Source: Candidatus Nitrosopumilus koreensis AR1 (GTDB lineage: Archaea; Thermoproteota; Nitrososphaeria; Nitrososphaerales; Nitrosopumilaceae). Taken from it: 32,000 nucleotides of DNA. This document shows positions 1-8,524 of the stretch, one piece after another. The position numbers and the translations under genes were made by a program. Each line of letters starts with the position of its first letter. Position 1 is the first letter of the stretch. The notes beneath the pieces were generated by a model, which ran no database searches, was not told the origin of the DNA, and saw only the letters and a program-made list of their open reading frames with translations. The DNA lies in assembly GCF_000299365.1 (NCBI RefSeq), contig NC_018655.1, positions 480,001 to 512,000 of the forward strand, read 5' to 3'.

Positions 1-49
1 GAATACGTTTGATGAAAGTTAGAAAGACTCGTCCAAAAAAAGAATATTT

Positions 50-487
50 CTAAATGTGGTCGAACCTTAGTTCGTTTGCTACTTGTTTGAAACCTAATTT
101 TTCATAAAATGGCTTTACATCATCCGTACAATCTAGAATTGTCTTGTAGCAGCCTTGATTTTTGGCAATTTCAAGAAGATATTTCATAATTTTTTCGCCA
201 ATTTTTTGCCCTTGGAAATTTTTATCCACTACCACATCTTCGATATGGCCAACTAAGCCCCCTTTGTGGATGAATTTTTGTTCAATCAATAATGTAGTTG
301 ATCCAACTACTCTCCCATCTATTTCTGCTATTGCTATCAAATAATCTGGATTTGAATCTATTTTTTCAAAAATTTCTTCTGCTTTACTTTTATCAATGTC
401 ACTTGCTTTTCTTAATGAATCAAGTGTAGTAAGGAACCCCTTATCCAAATCACCTTTTCTTAATTTTCTGATTACTGGATCTCCCAT
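50..487 (-). CDS. GNAT acetyltransferase, glucosamine-6-phosphate N-acetyltransferase (GNA1/GNPNAT1)-like
   Basis: 145-aa ORF. The core LIEQKFIHKGGLVGHIEDVVVDKNFQGQKIG...GCYKTILDC...FYEKLGF closely matches, from memory, the yeast/animal GNA1 core (ERKxIH..GL.GHIEDI.V...QGQGLG...GCYKIILDC...FYEKCGF). It lies 2 nt from the next gene. Confidence 0.75.
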   Translation of the reverse strand: MGDPVIRKLRKGDLDKGFLTTLDSLRKASDIDKSKAEEIFEKIDSNPDYLIAIAEIDGRVVGSTTLLIEQKFIHKGGLVGHIEDVVVDKNFQGQKIGEKIMKYLLEIAKNQGCYKTILDCTDDVKPFYEKLGFKQVANELRFDHI

Positions 488-489
488 TT

Positions 490-1194
490 TTATCCTCTAT
501 TTCCAAATTTCTTGGCATATTCTTGATTTGCTTGTTTGTATGATTCTTTATTTCCAATATCGATAAATCCTTTTTTTGTAATGAAACTGTTAACCAGTTT
601 TTTCTTGCTCATTGCTTTTTTAATGACATCATCCATTCCGTACGATTTGTTCCTTGGAATGTATTTCAAAATACCTGGTTCCATAACATAGCATCCCATA
701 TTGATATTTGCTTTAATCTCTGGTTTTTCCACCCAACTTGTTACTTTACCTGTTTTTGAAGTATTAATCACTCCGTATTCCAAATTGGTTTTGTATTCGT
801 ATAAACTCATGGTGGCAAACGCTTTCTTTGTTTTGTGTTGTTTGATCATATTTCTAAGACTAAAATCAAAAATGGAATCTCCATACACACAAACAAAAGT
901 ATCGTCAATAAACTCTTCAGCTGTTTTGAGTTGACCTGCAGTGGCTAACGGTTTTTTTGAAATTGCATATTCTATGTTAACCCCAAATTTTTCTCCATCT
1001 TTAAAATAATCTTCAATTGATTTTCGAAGATAACTCACACACAACACTATTGATTTTACTCCATTTTTTTTATTCCAATCTATGAGATGTTCTAAAATTG
1101 GTTTTTTGCCTAATGGTAACATTGGTTTTGGAGTCTTGAGTGTTAGTGGACGTAATCTGGTACCTAGTCCTCCCGCTAGAATTACTGCCTTCAC
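490..1194 (-). CDS. sugar-1-phosphate nucleotidylyltransferase (NTP-transferase family)
   Basis: N-terminal MKAVILAGGLGTRLRPLTLKTPKPMLP is the G-x-G-T-R-x-x-P-x-T-x-x-x-P-K signature. At 234 aa it has no C-terminal beta-helix acetyltransferase domain. Confidence 0.85.
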   Translation of the reverse strand: MKAVILAGGLGTRLRPLTLKTPKPMLPLGKKPILEHLIDWNKKNGVKSIVLCVSYLRKSIEDYFKDGEKFGVNIEYAISKKPLATAGQLKTAEEFIDDTFVCVYGDSIFDFSLRNMIKQHKTKKAFATMSLYEYKTNLEYGVINTSKTGKVTSWVEKPEIKANINMGCYVMEPGILKYIPRNKSYGMDDVIKKAMSKKKLVNSFITKKGFIDIGNKESYKQANQEYAKKFGNRG

Positions 1195-1249
1195 AAATAT
1201 TCTTTCATGTGTGAGTATTTATGTTCAAGGATGATTTGATACTGTGATT

Positions 1250-2551
1250 TTATCCTGTAATTTTTAATATTTTTTTTAAAACATTTTCTGGTGTTTTGCC
1301 AAAAACAATAATCATTGGTTCTTTTCCAAAGTCCCCTTTATGATAAATTACATCTGGAATATTTTTTGAATTTTTAATTGCAAAATTTATTCCCCATTTA
1401 ATTGTCGAACCTTTGATTTTAACATCTTTGGGTTCTAAACTACGATCATAACTACCTACTATCAATTTAGATTTTTTAATTTTTGATATAGTTGTTTTTT
1501 GATATTTTAAATTAATTGCCGAACAAATTTGTGGATATTTCTTATTCATAGATAACAATGCAGTTGCAACGTGTTTTGAGCCACCGTATTTCAGTTCTCC
1601 AGCAACAATGACTCTTTTTTCTGCCTTGACAATTCTTCCTGAAATTCCCAAAACATCTTTTGTAGATTTTGGTTTTTGTTTTGAGAATACAAAATTTGTT
1701 TGGCATTCTGGAATATTTTTGTAAATTCCTTTTATTTCGGTAAATCTGTTTATTGCATTAGACAAGTCTTCTTTGATCTTGTCTTCACTCTGTATGTCTG
1801 TAATTAAAACACCTTTTCCAATCTTTTTTGCATTTTTTATCGAGTCGTATGTGAATTTTCTTGCAAAATACAATGATTCTTTGATGCTTTTCTTTTTTGC
1901 AAGAGAATAGACTATTGCAGCAGAGTGATTGCAACCACTACCGTGATTAATTTTTGAAATCTTTTCTCCTGATATGACATATTTTGTGTTTTTTTCTAGT
2001 ACAAAATCTGATATTTTGTTGTTTCTTCCTTCAATTCCTGTGATTACGACATTTTTTGCTCCCATATCTTGAATCTTTTTTGCAATTATTTTAGGCGTAT
2101 TTTTTCTTGAAATTTTAGTTTTTGATAGAAATTCTGCCTCATCTTTGTTTGGTGTAATTACTGTGGCAAGTGGAATGATATATTTTTTAAAATCTTTTAC
2201 TGCATTGATTTCTAATAATTTTCCTCCTGTGGTTGATTTGATTACTGGATCAACTACAATTGGAATTTTTAATTTGTTTAATTGTTGATAAATTACTTTG
2301 ATAATTTTTGAATTATACACCATTCCAATTTTAATTCCGTCAATTTTAAAATCTAAAAACAATGATTCTAGTTGTTTTTTTAACATCTTCGATGATACTG
2401 GTTCAACAATTCCAAAGTTTGAAGTGTTTTGACTTGTGATTGCTGTAATAACAGTTAATGTGTATGTGTTTAATGCTGAAAACATTCTGATATCGCTTTG
2501 AATCCCTGCCCCTGATGAAGGATCAGAACCTCCAATTGATAATATGTTCAC
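1250..2551 (-). CDS. thiDN: bifunctional hydroxymethylpyrimidine/phosphomethylpyrimidine kinase + thiamine-phosphate synthase (ThiD-ThiN fusion)
   Basis: The N-terminus GGSDPSSGAGIQSDI is ThiD-type, and a GSGCNHSAAI-like motif lies near residue 205. A roughly 180-aa C-terminal extension fits the size of the archaeal ThiN domain. thiC is nearby. Confidence 0.8.
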   Translation of the reverse strand: MNILSIGGSDPSSGAGIQSDIRMFSALNTYTLTVITAITSQNTSNFGIVEPVSSKMLKKQLESLFLDFKIDGIKIGMVYNSKIIKVIYQQLNKLKIPIVVDPVIKSTTGGKLLEINAVKDFKKYIIPLATVITPNKDEAEFLSKTKISRKNTPKIIAKKIQDMGAKNVVITGIEGRNNKISDFVLEKNTKYVISGEKISKINHGSGCNHSAAIVYSLAKKKSIKESLYFARKFTYDSIKNAKKIGKGVLITDIQSEDKIKEDLSNAINRFTEIKGIYKNIPECQTNFVFSKQKPKSTKDVLGISGRIVKAEKRVIVAGELKYGGSKHVATALLSMNKKYPQICSAINLKYQKTTISKIKKSKLIVGSYDRSLEPKDVKIKGSTIKWGINFAIKNSKNIPDVIYHKGDFGKEPMIIVFGKTPENVLKKILKITG

Positions 2552-2654
2552 GCTATTTTCTTATTGTGTAGACTAATCTATTTTTCCTTTTAATTTATTG
2601 AATTTCCCAATTTTTATGATATTTGTTTTATAGTTTGAATTTTATTTCATACTT

Positions 2655-2846
2655 ATGACTAAAGTTCCATTGATTGATGATTTTTCTCCTAAAGAATTAC
2701 GTTGTACAACATGTTTGTTGCCTATGCAATATCAAACAAAAAAAGATGGGAAATTCCTGTGGCAATGTTTCAAATGTGGAAAACAATATCTTGTGTCTGG
2801 TAATGCTGATGATTCTCTCGAAGAGAGCTGGAGTCCTCCGAGGTAA
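2655..2846 (+). CDS. small zinc-ribbon protein (CxxC-x17-CxxC)
   Basis: 63-aa ORF with CTTC...CFKC pairs. Its stop lies 2 nt before the next ORF start. Confidence 0.5.
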   Translation: MTKVPLIDDFSPKELRCTTCLLPMQYQTKKDGKFLWQCFKCGKQYLVSGNADDSLEESWSPPR

Positions 2847-2848
2847 TC

Positions 2849-3073
2849 ATGTCTGATATATCTTCTGTAAAATTAGAAAATCAAAAACTTCGAGAATATA
2901 TTTCATTGATTACTGCTGAATTAGAATTGTCTCAAAGGGTTGCTGAAATAAAGCAAAACTTTGCAAATTCTCCTGATTCTGAGCGTATAATTCGGCCTAT
3001 CTTGGATAGAATCTCTAAACTTCAGTCTGAAAAACTGTCTCTTGAAAAAGAATTGAATCTAATCTTATCCTGA
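2849..3073 (+). CDS. hypothetical small coiled-coil protein
   Basis: 74-aa ORF with heptad-like E/K/L-rich sequence, tightly linked to the upstream zinc-ribbon ORF. Confidence 0.45.
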   Translation: MSDISSVKLENQKLREYISLITAELELSQRVAEIKQNFANSPDSERIIRPILDRISKLQSEKLSLEKELNLILS

Positions 3074-3163
3074 TGATTGAGTAACACAATCAAAAGAACA
3101 GAACTCGTCTTTCATACTGTAAAACTCTCGTCCACAATGTCTACATTCCCTAATTGCTCTCAC
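3065..3163 (-). CDS. candidate 32-aa mini zinc finger (CxxC-x11-FCSxxC, TRASH/FCS-like)
   Basis: Hand translation from a GTG start gives (M)RAIRECRHCGREFYSMKDEFCSFDCVTQSSG*. It is below the 60-aa cutoff of the ORF track. The motif also occurs at 22762-22962. Confidence 0.3.
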   Translation of the reverse strand: MRAIRECRHCGREFYSMKDEFCSFDCVTQSSG

Positions 3164-3261
3164 GAGATCTATGCTGCATTATTCCATTTAAAGCCGATCT
3201 ATTTTCTTAATATATTATCAAGAAAATCTCAAGCGATCAACAAATTTTCGTAACCGTATGA

Positions 3262-3270
3262 TTGTTTAAA
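3262..3270 (+). promoter_or_regulatory. TATA-like box for thiC (TGTTTAAAT)
   Basis: It is centred about 29 nt upstream of the ATG at 3295. This favours that ATG (a leaderless or near-leaderless mRNA) over the TTG at 3262. Confidence 0.35.
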
Positions 3271-3294
3271 TCAGGCGAAAGCCTAGAATATTTT

Positions 3295-4623
3295 ATGGCC
3301 ACTCAAATGACTGCAGCACGACGTGGTGTTGCAACTGATGAGATGAAACAAGTTGCAAAAGATGAAGATGTTTCACTTGATTGGCTAATCCCAAAAATTG
3401 CAAAAGGCTCTATAATCATTCCAAGTAATAACTGCAGGCCTCAAAAAATTCACAATGTTGGAATTGGCAAGGGTTTGAAAACAAAAGTAAATGTCAACAT
3501 TGGCACATCCACATTAAATGTAAACCTTGAAGAAGAAATTGAAAAGGCAAAAGTTGCTGTAAAATACCATGCAGATACTATGATGGATCTTAGTGATGGT
3601 GGTGATGTAAAGCAAATCAGAAAAACTTTGTTAGAAACTGCACCAATCACTTTTGGCACTGTTCCAATTTATGAGGCATACAATTATGGTGTTGAAGTTC
3701 ACAAAAACCCTCTAAATCTTACTGAAGATGATTATCTAAATGCATTTGAAAATAATGCAAAAGATGGTGTTGATTATACTACTATTCATTGTGGAATCAC
3801 AAAAGATATTGCAAAAAGAATACTAAAAGTTCAAAGATATGGTGGTGTTGTTAGCAAAGGTGGTACCATAACTGCTGCTTGGATGTTAAAACACGACAAA
3901 GAAAATCCATACTTGACCCATTATGATTACCTTGTAGAGATGGCAAAAAAATACGATGTCACTTTTAGCCTTGGCGATGCTCTTAGACCAGGCTCAATTT
4001 TGGATTCACATGATGAATTACAAGTCCAAGAAATGATTAACATCTCTCAACTAACAAAACGAGCACATGAACAAGATGTCCAAGTAATGGTTGAAGGGCC
4101 TGGACATGTTCCTCTAAATGAAGTTGCAGCAAATGTTAGATTGGCAAAATCTCTGATTGGTGATGTTCCATATTATGTTCTAGGTCCCTTGGTAACTGAT
4201 GTTGCGTCTGGACATGATCATATTGCAAGTGCTATTGGCGCAGCTGTATCTGCCAGCGAAGGCGTTGATCTTTTGTGTTATCTTACTCCTTCAGAACATC
4301 TTGCATTGCCAAATGCTGATGAAGTAAAGGCCGGATTAATTGCATATAGAATTGCTGCGCATGCAGGTGATCTTGTAAAAATTCGTGATAAGGCGATTAA
4401 ATGGGATATGGAAATGACTGAAGCTCGGCGTACTTTAGATTGGGAGAAACAACTTGCTTTGTCTATTGATCCTGAAGAAGCTGCAAAAATACATAGTAGA
4501 ACAGGACAACATCCTGGTAATAATGTCCCCTGTACTATGTGTGGGGGTGCATGTGTTTACATGATGTTGCCTCAACAAAAAAAATATGATAAAGAAAACG
4601 AAAATTTACAACAAATTGAATAA
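3295..4623 (+). CDS. thiC: phosphomethylpyrimidine synthase ThiC (radical SAM)
   Basis: Highly conserved ThiC blocks (NVNIGTS, MMDLSDGG, TIHCG, MVEGPGHVP, GPLVTDVA.GHDHI) and the C-terminal CTMCGGAC cluster motif. The start is set at the ATG at 3295; the ORF-track TTG at 3262 is probably an over-extension. Confidence 0.93.
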   Translation: MATQMTAARRGVATDEMKQVAKDEDVSLDWLIPKIAKGSIIIPSNNCRPQKIHNVGIGKGLKTKVNVNIGTSTLNVNLEEEIEKAKVAVKYHADTMMDLSDGGDVKQIRKTLLETAPITFGTVPIYEAYNYGVEVHKNPLNLTEDDYLNAFENNAKDGVDYTTIHCGITKDIAKRILKVQRYGGVVSKGGTITAAWMLKHDKENPYLTHYDYLVEMAKKYDVTFSLGDALRPGSILDSHDELQVQEMINISQLTKRAHEQDVQVMVEGPGHVPLNEVAANVRLAKSLIGDVPYYVLGPLVTDVASGHDHIASAIGAAVSASEGVDLLCYLTPSEHLALPNADEVKAGLIAYRIAAHAGDLVKIRDKAIKWDMEMTEARRTLDWEKQLALSIDPEEAAKIHSRTGQHPGNNVPCTMCGGACVYMMLPQQKKYDKENENLQQIE

Positions 4624-5010
4624 TACTTTTTGAAGGCTAGGTACTGTTTCATAATTTTTTAATTCGTCCACTTTGATCCATTTGAAATCAGAATTTTCCC
4701 AATTGAGTTTGATTGTTGGATTTTTTGCTTCAAATAAAAATGGAAAAATCTTCCATTCGTGATTTTGATATTGTGGTGAGTTGACACTCATTTCTTCTGC
4801 AGATTTTATCAAAGTAATTTTGTCTTCAGTAATTCCAACTTCTTCAAAAATTTCAATTTTTGCTCTTTTTAGTGGCTCTTCATTTTTTTCTATGATTCCA
4901 CTGACGCCTGCCCATAAACCTTTCATGGTTTTAACCTCCTCGCTTCGTTTTAAGATTAGTAATTTCTCATTATTTTTGATAAAAGATGTCACTATCTTTG
5001 TTGAGCGCAT
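4606..5010 (-). CDS. Nudix hydrolase
   Basis: Nudix box GVSGIIEKNEEPLKRAKIEIFEEVGI (GX5EX7REUXEEXGU). It starts 5 nt after the tyrA stop on the same strand, and its 3' end overlaps the thiC 3' end by 18 nt. Confidence 0.8.
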   Translation of the reverse strand: MRSTKIVTSFIKNNEKLLILKRSEEVKTMKGLWAGVSGIIEKNEEPLKRAKIEIFEEVGITEDKITLIKSAEEMSVNSPQYQNHEWKIFPFLFEAKNPTIKLNWENSDFKWIKVDELKNYETVPSLQKVLFNLL

Positions 5011-5015
5011 ATCCG

Positions 5016-5867
5016 TTATTTTTCAACGACTTTGACCATCTTTGTCAGTTTCTTATATGACTCATTGATGTCTGTATGTTTGGCTAGTCTTTCTTGACAA
5101 TCTTTGATGTAATTTACCACTTCTTCTGTTTTTGATTCTTGAACAGCAGTAAGTAATCTGCCAATATCTTTCCAAAGTTCCTCTGCCACTCTACGGATTT
5201 CTGGATTTGCAATGATAGTTTCAATTAATTCTGGAGATTCTGTCATAATACTTTCTGCCAATGTCTTTTGAACTCTGAATGTTGTACCTGACATTTTTTC
5301 TGTAAGTAACATCTTTTCATCTTTTGAAATAATGTTTGCAAAAACTAAATTCATTAAATGAGTTAATCCTAAAATAACTGCAATCTTTTTGTCATGCTCT
5401 ACTGCATCAATTGTAACAAAATTTGCCCCTTCAAATAGAGATTTTGTTACAGTTAACTCTTTTTTTGCATCTTTAATTGGAACTGAAATTATATTTTGAC
5501 CTTTTATTGTTTTTACACCCGGACCAAACATAGGATGAATACAAATTGGATTGATCTTTGCAGGCATTTTTGATAGTGATGAAACGACTTTTGATTTTTC
5601 TGATGAAATCTCAATAAGATATGTGCCTCTTTTCATCTCTTTTGCAATTAGCCTGATGATCTCTGGGGTTCTTCTTGTAGGTGTACATAACACCACATAA
5701 TCTGCCTTTAGAATTGCACCTACTAGGGAATCTGATTGTATTATTCCCTTGCCTGGAATTTTGTTTTCTGAATCAAAACCTGTTACTTCAAATCCTTTAT
5801 CTGCAAAATATTTTGCAAACCATTGGCCCATTTGGCCTCCTGCTCCAATTACTGTAACTTTCTTCAT
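5016..5867 (-). CDS. tyrA: prephenate (or arogenate) dehydrogenase
   Basis: N-terminal Rossmann motif VTVIGAGGQMGQWF and the TyrA-like block PIHPMFGP (here CIHPMFGPG). It overlaps the upstream gene by 4 nt. Confidence 0.8.
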   Translation of the reverse strand: MKKVTVIGAGGQMGQWFAKYFADKGFEVTGFDSENKIPGKGIIQSDSLVGAILKADYVVLCTPTRRTPEIIRLIAKEMKRGTYLIEISSEKSKVVSSLSKMPAKINPICIHPMFGPGVKTIKGQNIISVPIKDAKKELTVTKSLFEGANFVTIDAVEHDKKIAVILGLTHLMNLVFANIISKDEKMLLTEKMSGTTFRVQKTLAESIMTESPELIETIIANPEIRRVAEELWKDIGRLLTAVQESKTEEVVNYIKDCQERLAKHTDINESYKKLTKMVKVVEK

Positions 5868-7234
5868 TGATACTCACTCATGATATCCTTTAGTATATTC
5901 ATTCCCTCAATTAGTGTCTTCTCGTCTTGACATGCAGAAATTCTTATGAAATTTTTATAATCTCCAAATCCTTCTCCTGGTGCTATTGCTAAACCTTTTT
6001 CAAGTGTGTTGTTTGCGAATTGTACTCCGTCAAACCCTTCTTTGTTGACTTTGGCAAAAATGTACATTGCACCATCTGGAACAACAATCTCCAAATTCAT
6101 CTCCTTTGCCTTTTGAATCAACACATCTAGTCTATTCTGGACTGTTTTATTGTTGTTGGATATGTCTGCATCTAATGCCCTCATGGCAATATACTGGATT
6201 GGTTCTGATACATTTGTTAGACACAGTGCCTCTAATTTTGCCATCTTTTCAATAATTTTGACATCTGCAATTGCATATCCTATTCTAAATCCTGTCATAG
6301 CATGGGATTTTGAAAATGATTGTGTTACAATACTTTTGTCATAATCATAAGTCAAAACACTTTTCCAACTAGTTTTTACATATTCCGAATAAATCTCGTC
6401 ACTTAGCACATACAGGTTATTTTTTTTAGCAATTCCAATAATCTCGTCTTGCAATTTTTCTGGAAGGACTTTACCTGTTGGGTTATTGGGGTAATTCAAA
6501 ACAATCATTTTTGTATTTGAATTAATTATATTTTGAATTTGTTCAATTGAAGGCTCCCATTTGTTTTCTAATGTTGTGTTTATTGTCCTGACTTTAATTC
6601 CTGAATTTAATGCACAATCTTTGTAGGCAGGCCATGCAGGCTCAATTACAATCATTTCATCACCTGGATTAAGAAGAGTAGAAATTGCTGTAAATATTGA
6701 GAACCTTGCACCAGGACTTATTATGATATTTTTTTCAGAGATGTTTACACTAAATTTTTTATTTACATGTTTTGCAAGTGCTTCTCTAAAAATTGGCATT
6801 CCTTTTGCTTGTCCATACTTTAGAAATCCTTTATCATACACTTCTTCTAATGCATCTTTTACAATTGTTGGAGGCAAAAAGTCTGGTTCACCCACTTCCA
6901 TGTGAATGATATTTTTCCCTTGTTGTTCCAATTCTTTTGCTTTGAGAAATATTGAAAGGTGTGTCTGTTTGTTTGATGATTGAACTTTGATTGATTCATT
7001 TAATAGAAAATTCAAAAATTTTGTAGCAATGTTTTCATCTAATCCAATTTCTTGACATAGTGAAATTACTTTTCCTCGAAGATTTTCTTCACGTGGTTCA
7101 TCTGTTACTACCTTGCCAATGTTTTTCTTTACTTCCCCAATCTCTTTTGCAATGTCTGTTCTAGTTTTTAGTAACTTTATCATTTGAAGGGTTACTTCAT
7201 CCATCTTATTTCGTAAGTCGTTGATATCTGACAT
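5864..7234 (-). CDS. chorismate mutase (AroQ) fused to a class I PLP aminotransferase
   Basis: Residues 1-90 look like an AroQ chorismate mutase (R..MDEV..Q...LL..R..IA.EIG..K......D..RE). The rest is a class I/II aminotransferase with the PLP-lysine motif SFSKSHAMTGFRIGY and an NPTG-like YPNNPTG. Confidence 0.8.
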   Translation of the reverse strand: MSDINDLRNKMDEVTLQMIKLLKTRTDIAKEIGEVKKNIGKVVTDEPREENLRGKVISLCQEIGLDENIATKFLNFLLNESIKVQSSNKQTHLSIFLKAKELEQQGKNIIHMEVGEPDFLPPTIVKDALEEVYDKGFLKYGQAKGMPIFREALAKHVNKKFSVNISEKNIIISPGARFSIFTAISTLLNPGDEMIVIEPAWPAYKDCALNSGIKVRTINTTLENKWEPSIEQIQNIINSNTKMIVLNYPNNPTGKVLPEKLQDEIIGIAKKNNLYVLSDEIYSEYVKTSWKSVLTYDYDKSIVTQSFSKSHAMTGFRIGYAIADVKIIEKMAKLEALCLTNVSEPIQYIAMRALDADISNNNKTVQNRLDVLIQKAKEMNLEIVVPDGAMYIFAKVNKEGFDGVQFANNTLEKGLAIAPGEGFGDYKNFIRISACQDEKTLIEGMNILKDIMSEYQ

Positions 7235-7238
7235 TTTC

Positions 7239-8336
7239 CTACAAAACGGGCTTGATTTGGCCTGAAATTAGAGCATGGTCTGCAATTGTTAGTGCTACAA
7301 GAGAGTCAACTACTGGTGGTGCTCTTGGAACAACACATGGATCGTGCCTCCCCTTCACTTGAAGTGTAGTCTCTTTTTTGGTTTTGATGTCTACTGTGCT
7401 TTGCTTTTGTGAGATTGATGATGCTGGTTTGAATGCAATTCTCATTGTAATGGGCATACCATTTGAAATTCCTCCTAAAATTCCTCCTGAATTATTTGTC
7501 TTTGTTACAATTTTACCTCTTTTTACAGTATACAAGTCATTGTTCTCAGAACCAAAAAGCTCTGAACCTCTAAATCCAGAACCAAACTCCACACCCTTTA
7601 CGGATGGAATAGAAAACATTGCTTTACTCAAATCTGATTCTAATGAACTAAAAATCGGTTCACCTAATCCAACTGGAACATTTGTTGTCACTGATTCAAT
7701 TATGCCTCCTAGCGAATCACCTTTTTTTCTTGCATCTAAAATTCTTGCTCTCATCATTTTTGCTGTTTTAGTTTCAGGACATCTTACCTCGTTTTTGTAA
7801 ATTGAGTTAATCATTTTTTCATTAAATTCTCTTTCCATCTTTATTTTTCCAATCTGCGATGTAAACGAATTTGTTTCAATTCCTAAAGTTACTTTGAGAA
7901 GTTTTCTTGCAATTGCACCTCCCATTACATGTGTTGCAGTTAATCTTCCAGAAAATCTTCCTCCTCCTCTATGATCATTATATTGATTGTATTTTATCAT
8001 GGCTGGATAATCAGAATGTCCTGGCCTAAGTTTTGTTTTCAAATTTTCATAATCTTTGGATTTCTGATCACTGTTCCAAATTACCATTGTTATTGGTGCA
8101 CCTGTTGTATGCCCCCTAAAAACTCCTGAGATAATTTCTACTATGTCTCCTTCTTTTCTTTGTGTTGAAATTAGATTCTGACCTGGCTTTCTTTGGTCTA
8201 ACATTTTTTGAATGTCTTTTTCATCAATTTCTAATCCTGCAGGACATCCATCCAAAACTGCTCCGATAGATTTTCCATGACTTTCACCAAAACTTGTCAA
8301 CACAAGACGCTGACCAATAGAACTTCCCGGCAACAT
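7239..8336 (-). CDS. aroC: chorismate synthase
   Basis: FGESHG near the N-terminus, RPGHSDY, and the GGGRFSGRLTA block. Confidence 0.92.
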   Translation of the reverse strand: MLPGSSIGQRLVLTSFGESHGKSIGAVLDGCPAGLEIDEKDIQKMLDQRKPGQNLISTQRKEGDIVEIISGVFRGHTTGAPITMVIWNSDQKSKDYENLKTKLRPGHSDYPAMIKYNQYNDHRGGGRFSGRLTATHVMGGAIARKLLKVTLGIETNSFTSQIGKIKMEREFNEKMINSIYKNEVRCPETKTAKMMRARILDARKKGDSLGGIIESVTTNVPVGLGEPIFSSLESDLSKAMFSIPSVKGVEFGSGFRGSELFGSENNDLYTVKRGKIVTKTNNSGGILGGISNGMPITMRIAFKPASSISQKQSTVDIKTKKETTLQVKGRHDPCVVPRAPPVVDSLVALTIADHALISGQIKPVL

Positions 8337-8357
8337 ACTATCAAAGTTAAATGATGC

Positions 8358-8363
8358 TTATAA
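8358..8363 (-). promoter_or_regulatory. TATA-like box (TTATAA) for aroC
   Basis: It is centred about 25 nt upstream of the aroC ATG at 8336. This implies a second transcription unit starting at aroC. Confidence 0.3.
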
Positions 8364-8524
8364 TTCCTCATTCCAAATTTTTTAAAATTTTTACTGTATG
8401 TTGGATTATTTCTTTGTCATGACTTAGGTGTGGTTAAAAATTATAAAATATAATTATATTTTATGAAATAATTCTAATATATTCTTAAATATGATAATAA
8501 CGTACACAATATATGGAAAAACGT

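Noticed and set aside
3074-3294. Possible TPP riboswitch in the 220-nt region upstream of thiC
   Set aside because: I could not find the conserved CUGAGA element or the ACCUGAUCUGGAUAAUGCCAGC-like core. The only tidy hairpin (AGGC-GAAA-GCCT at about 3273-3284) lies between the TATA-like box and the ATG. The spacer is better explained by a promoter plus a possible - strand micro-ORF.
3262-3294. TTG-initiated N-terminal extension of thiC (MFKSGESLEYF...) in the ORF track
   Set aside because: The extension begins inside the TATA-like box TGTTTAAAT. The ATG at 3295 (MATQMTAARRG) has the typical spacing of about 29 nt.
7378-7800. 140-aa + strand ORF antisense to aroC
   Set aside because: This is a shadow ORF on the opposite strand of a confidently identified gene. 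Its composition is low-complexity and hydrophobic (F/L/S/I/P-rich) and it has no motif. The same applies to 162-344, 701-934, 6067-6344, 6723-6905, 9076-9267, 9544-9870, 9947-10168, 13486-13767, 16033-16269 and 16393-16686.
8337-8420. 22-aa + strand ORF (MMLIIPHSKFFKIFTVCWIISLS) and an AUGAUGC C-box-like sequence near 8350
   Set aside because: The ORF is too short and nondescript. The C-box match is imperfect, and no D box (CUGA) or terminal stem partner is present.
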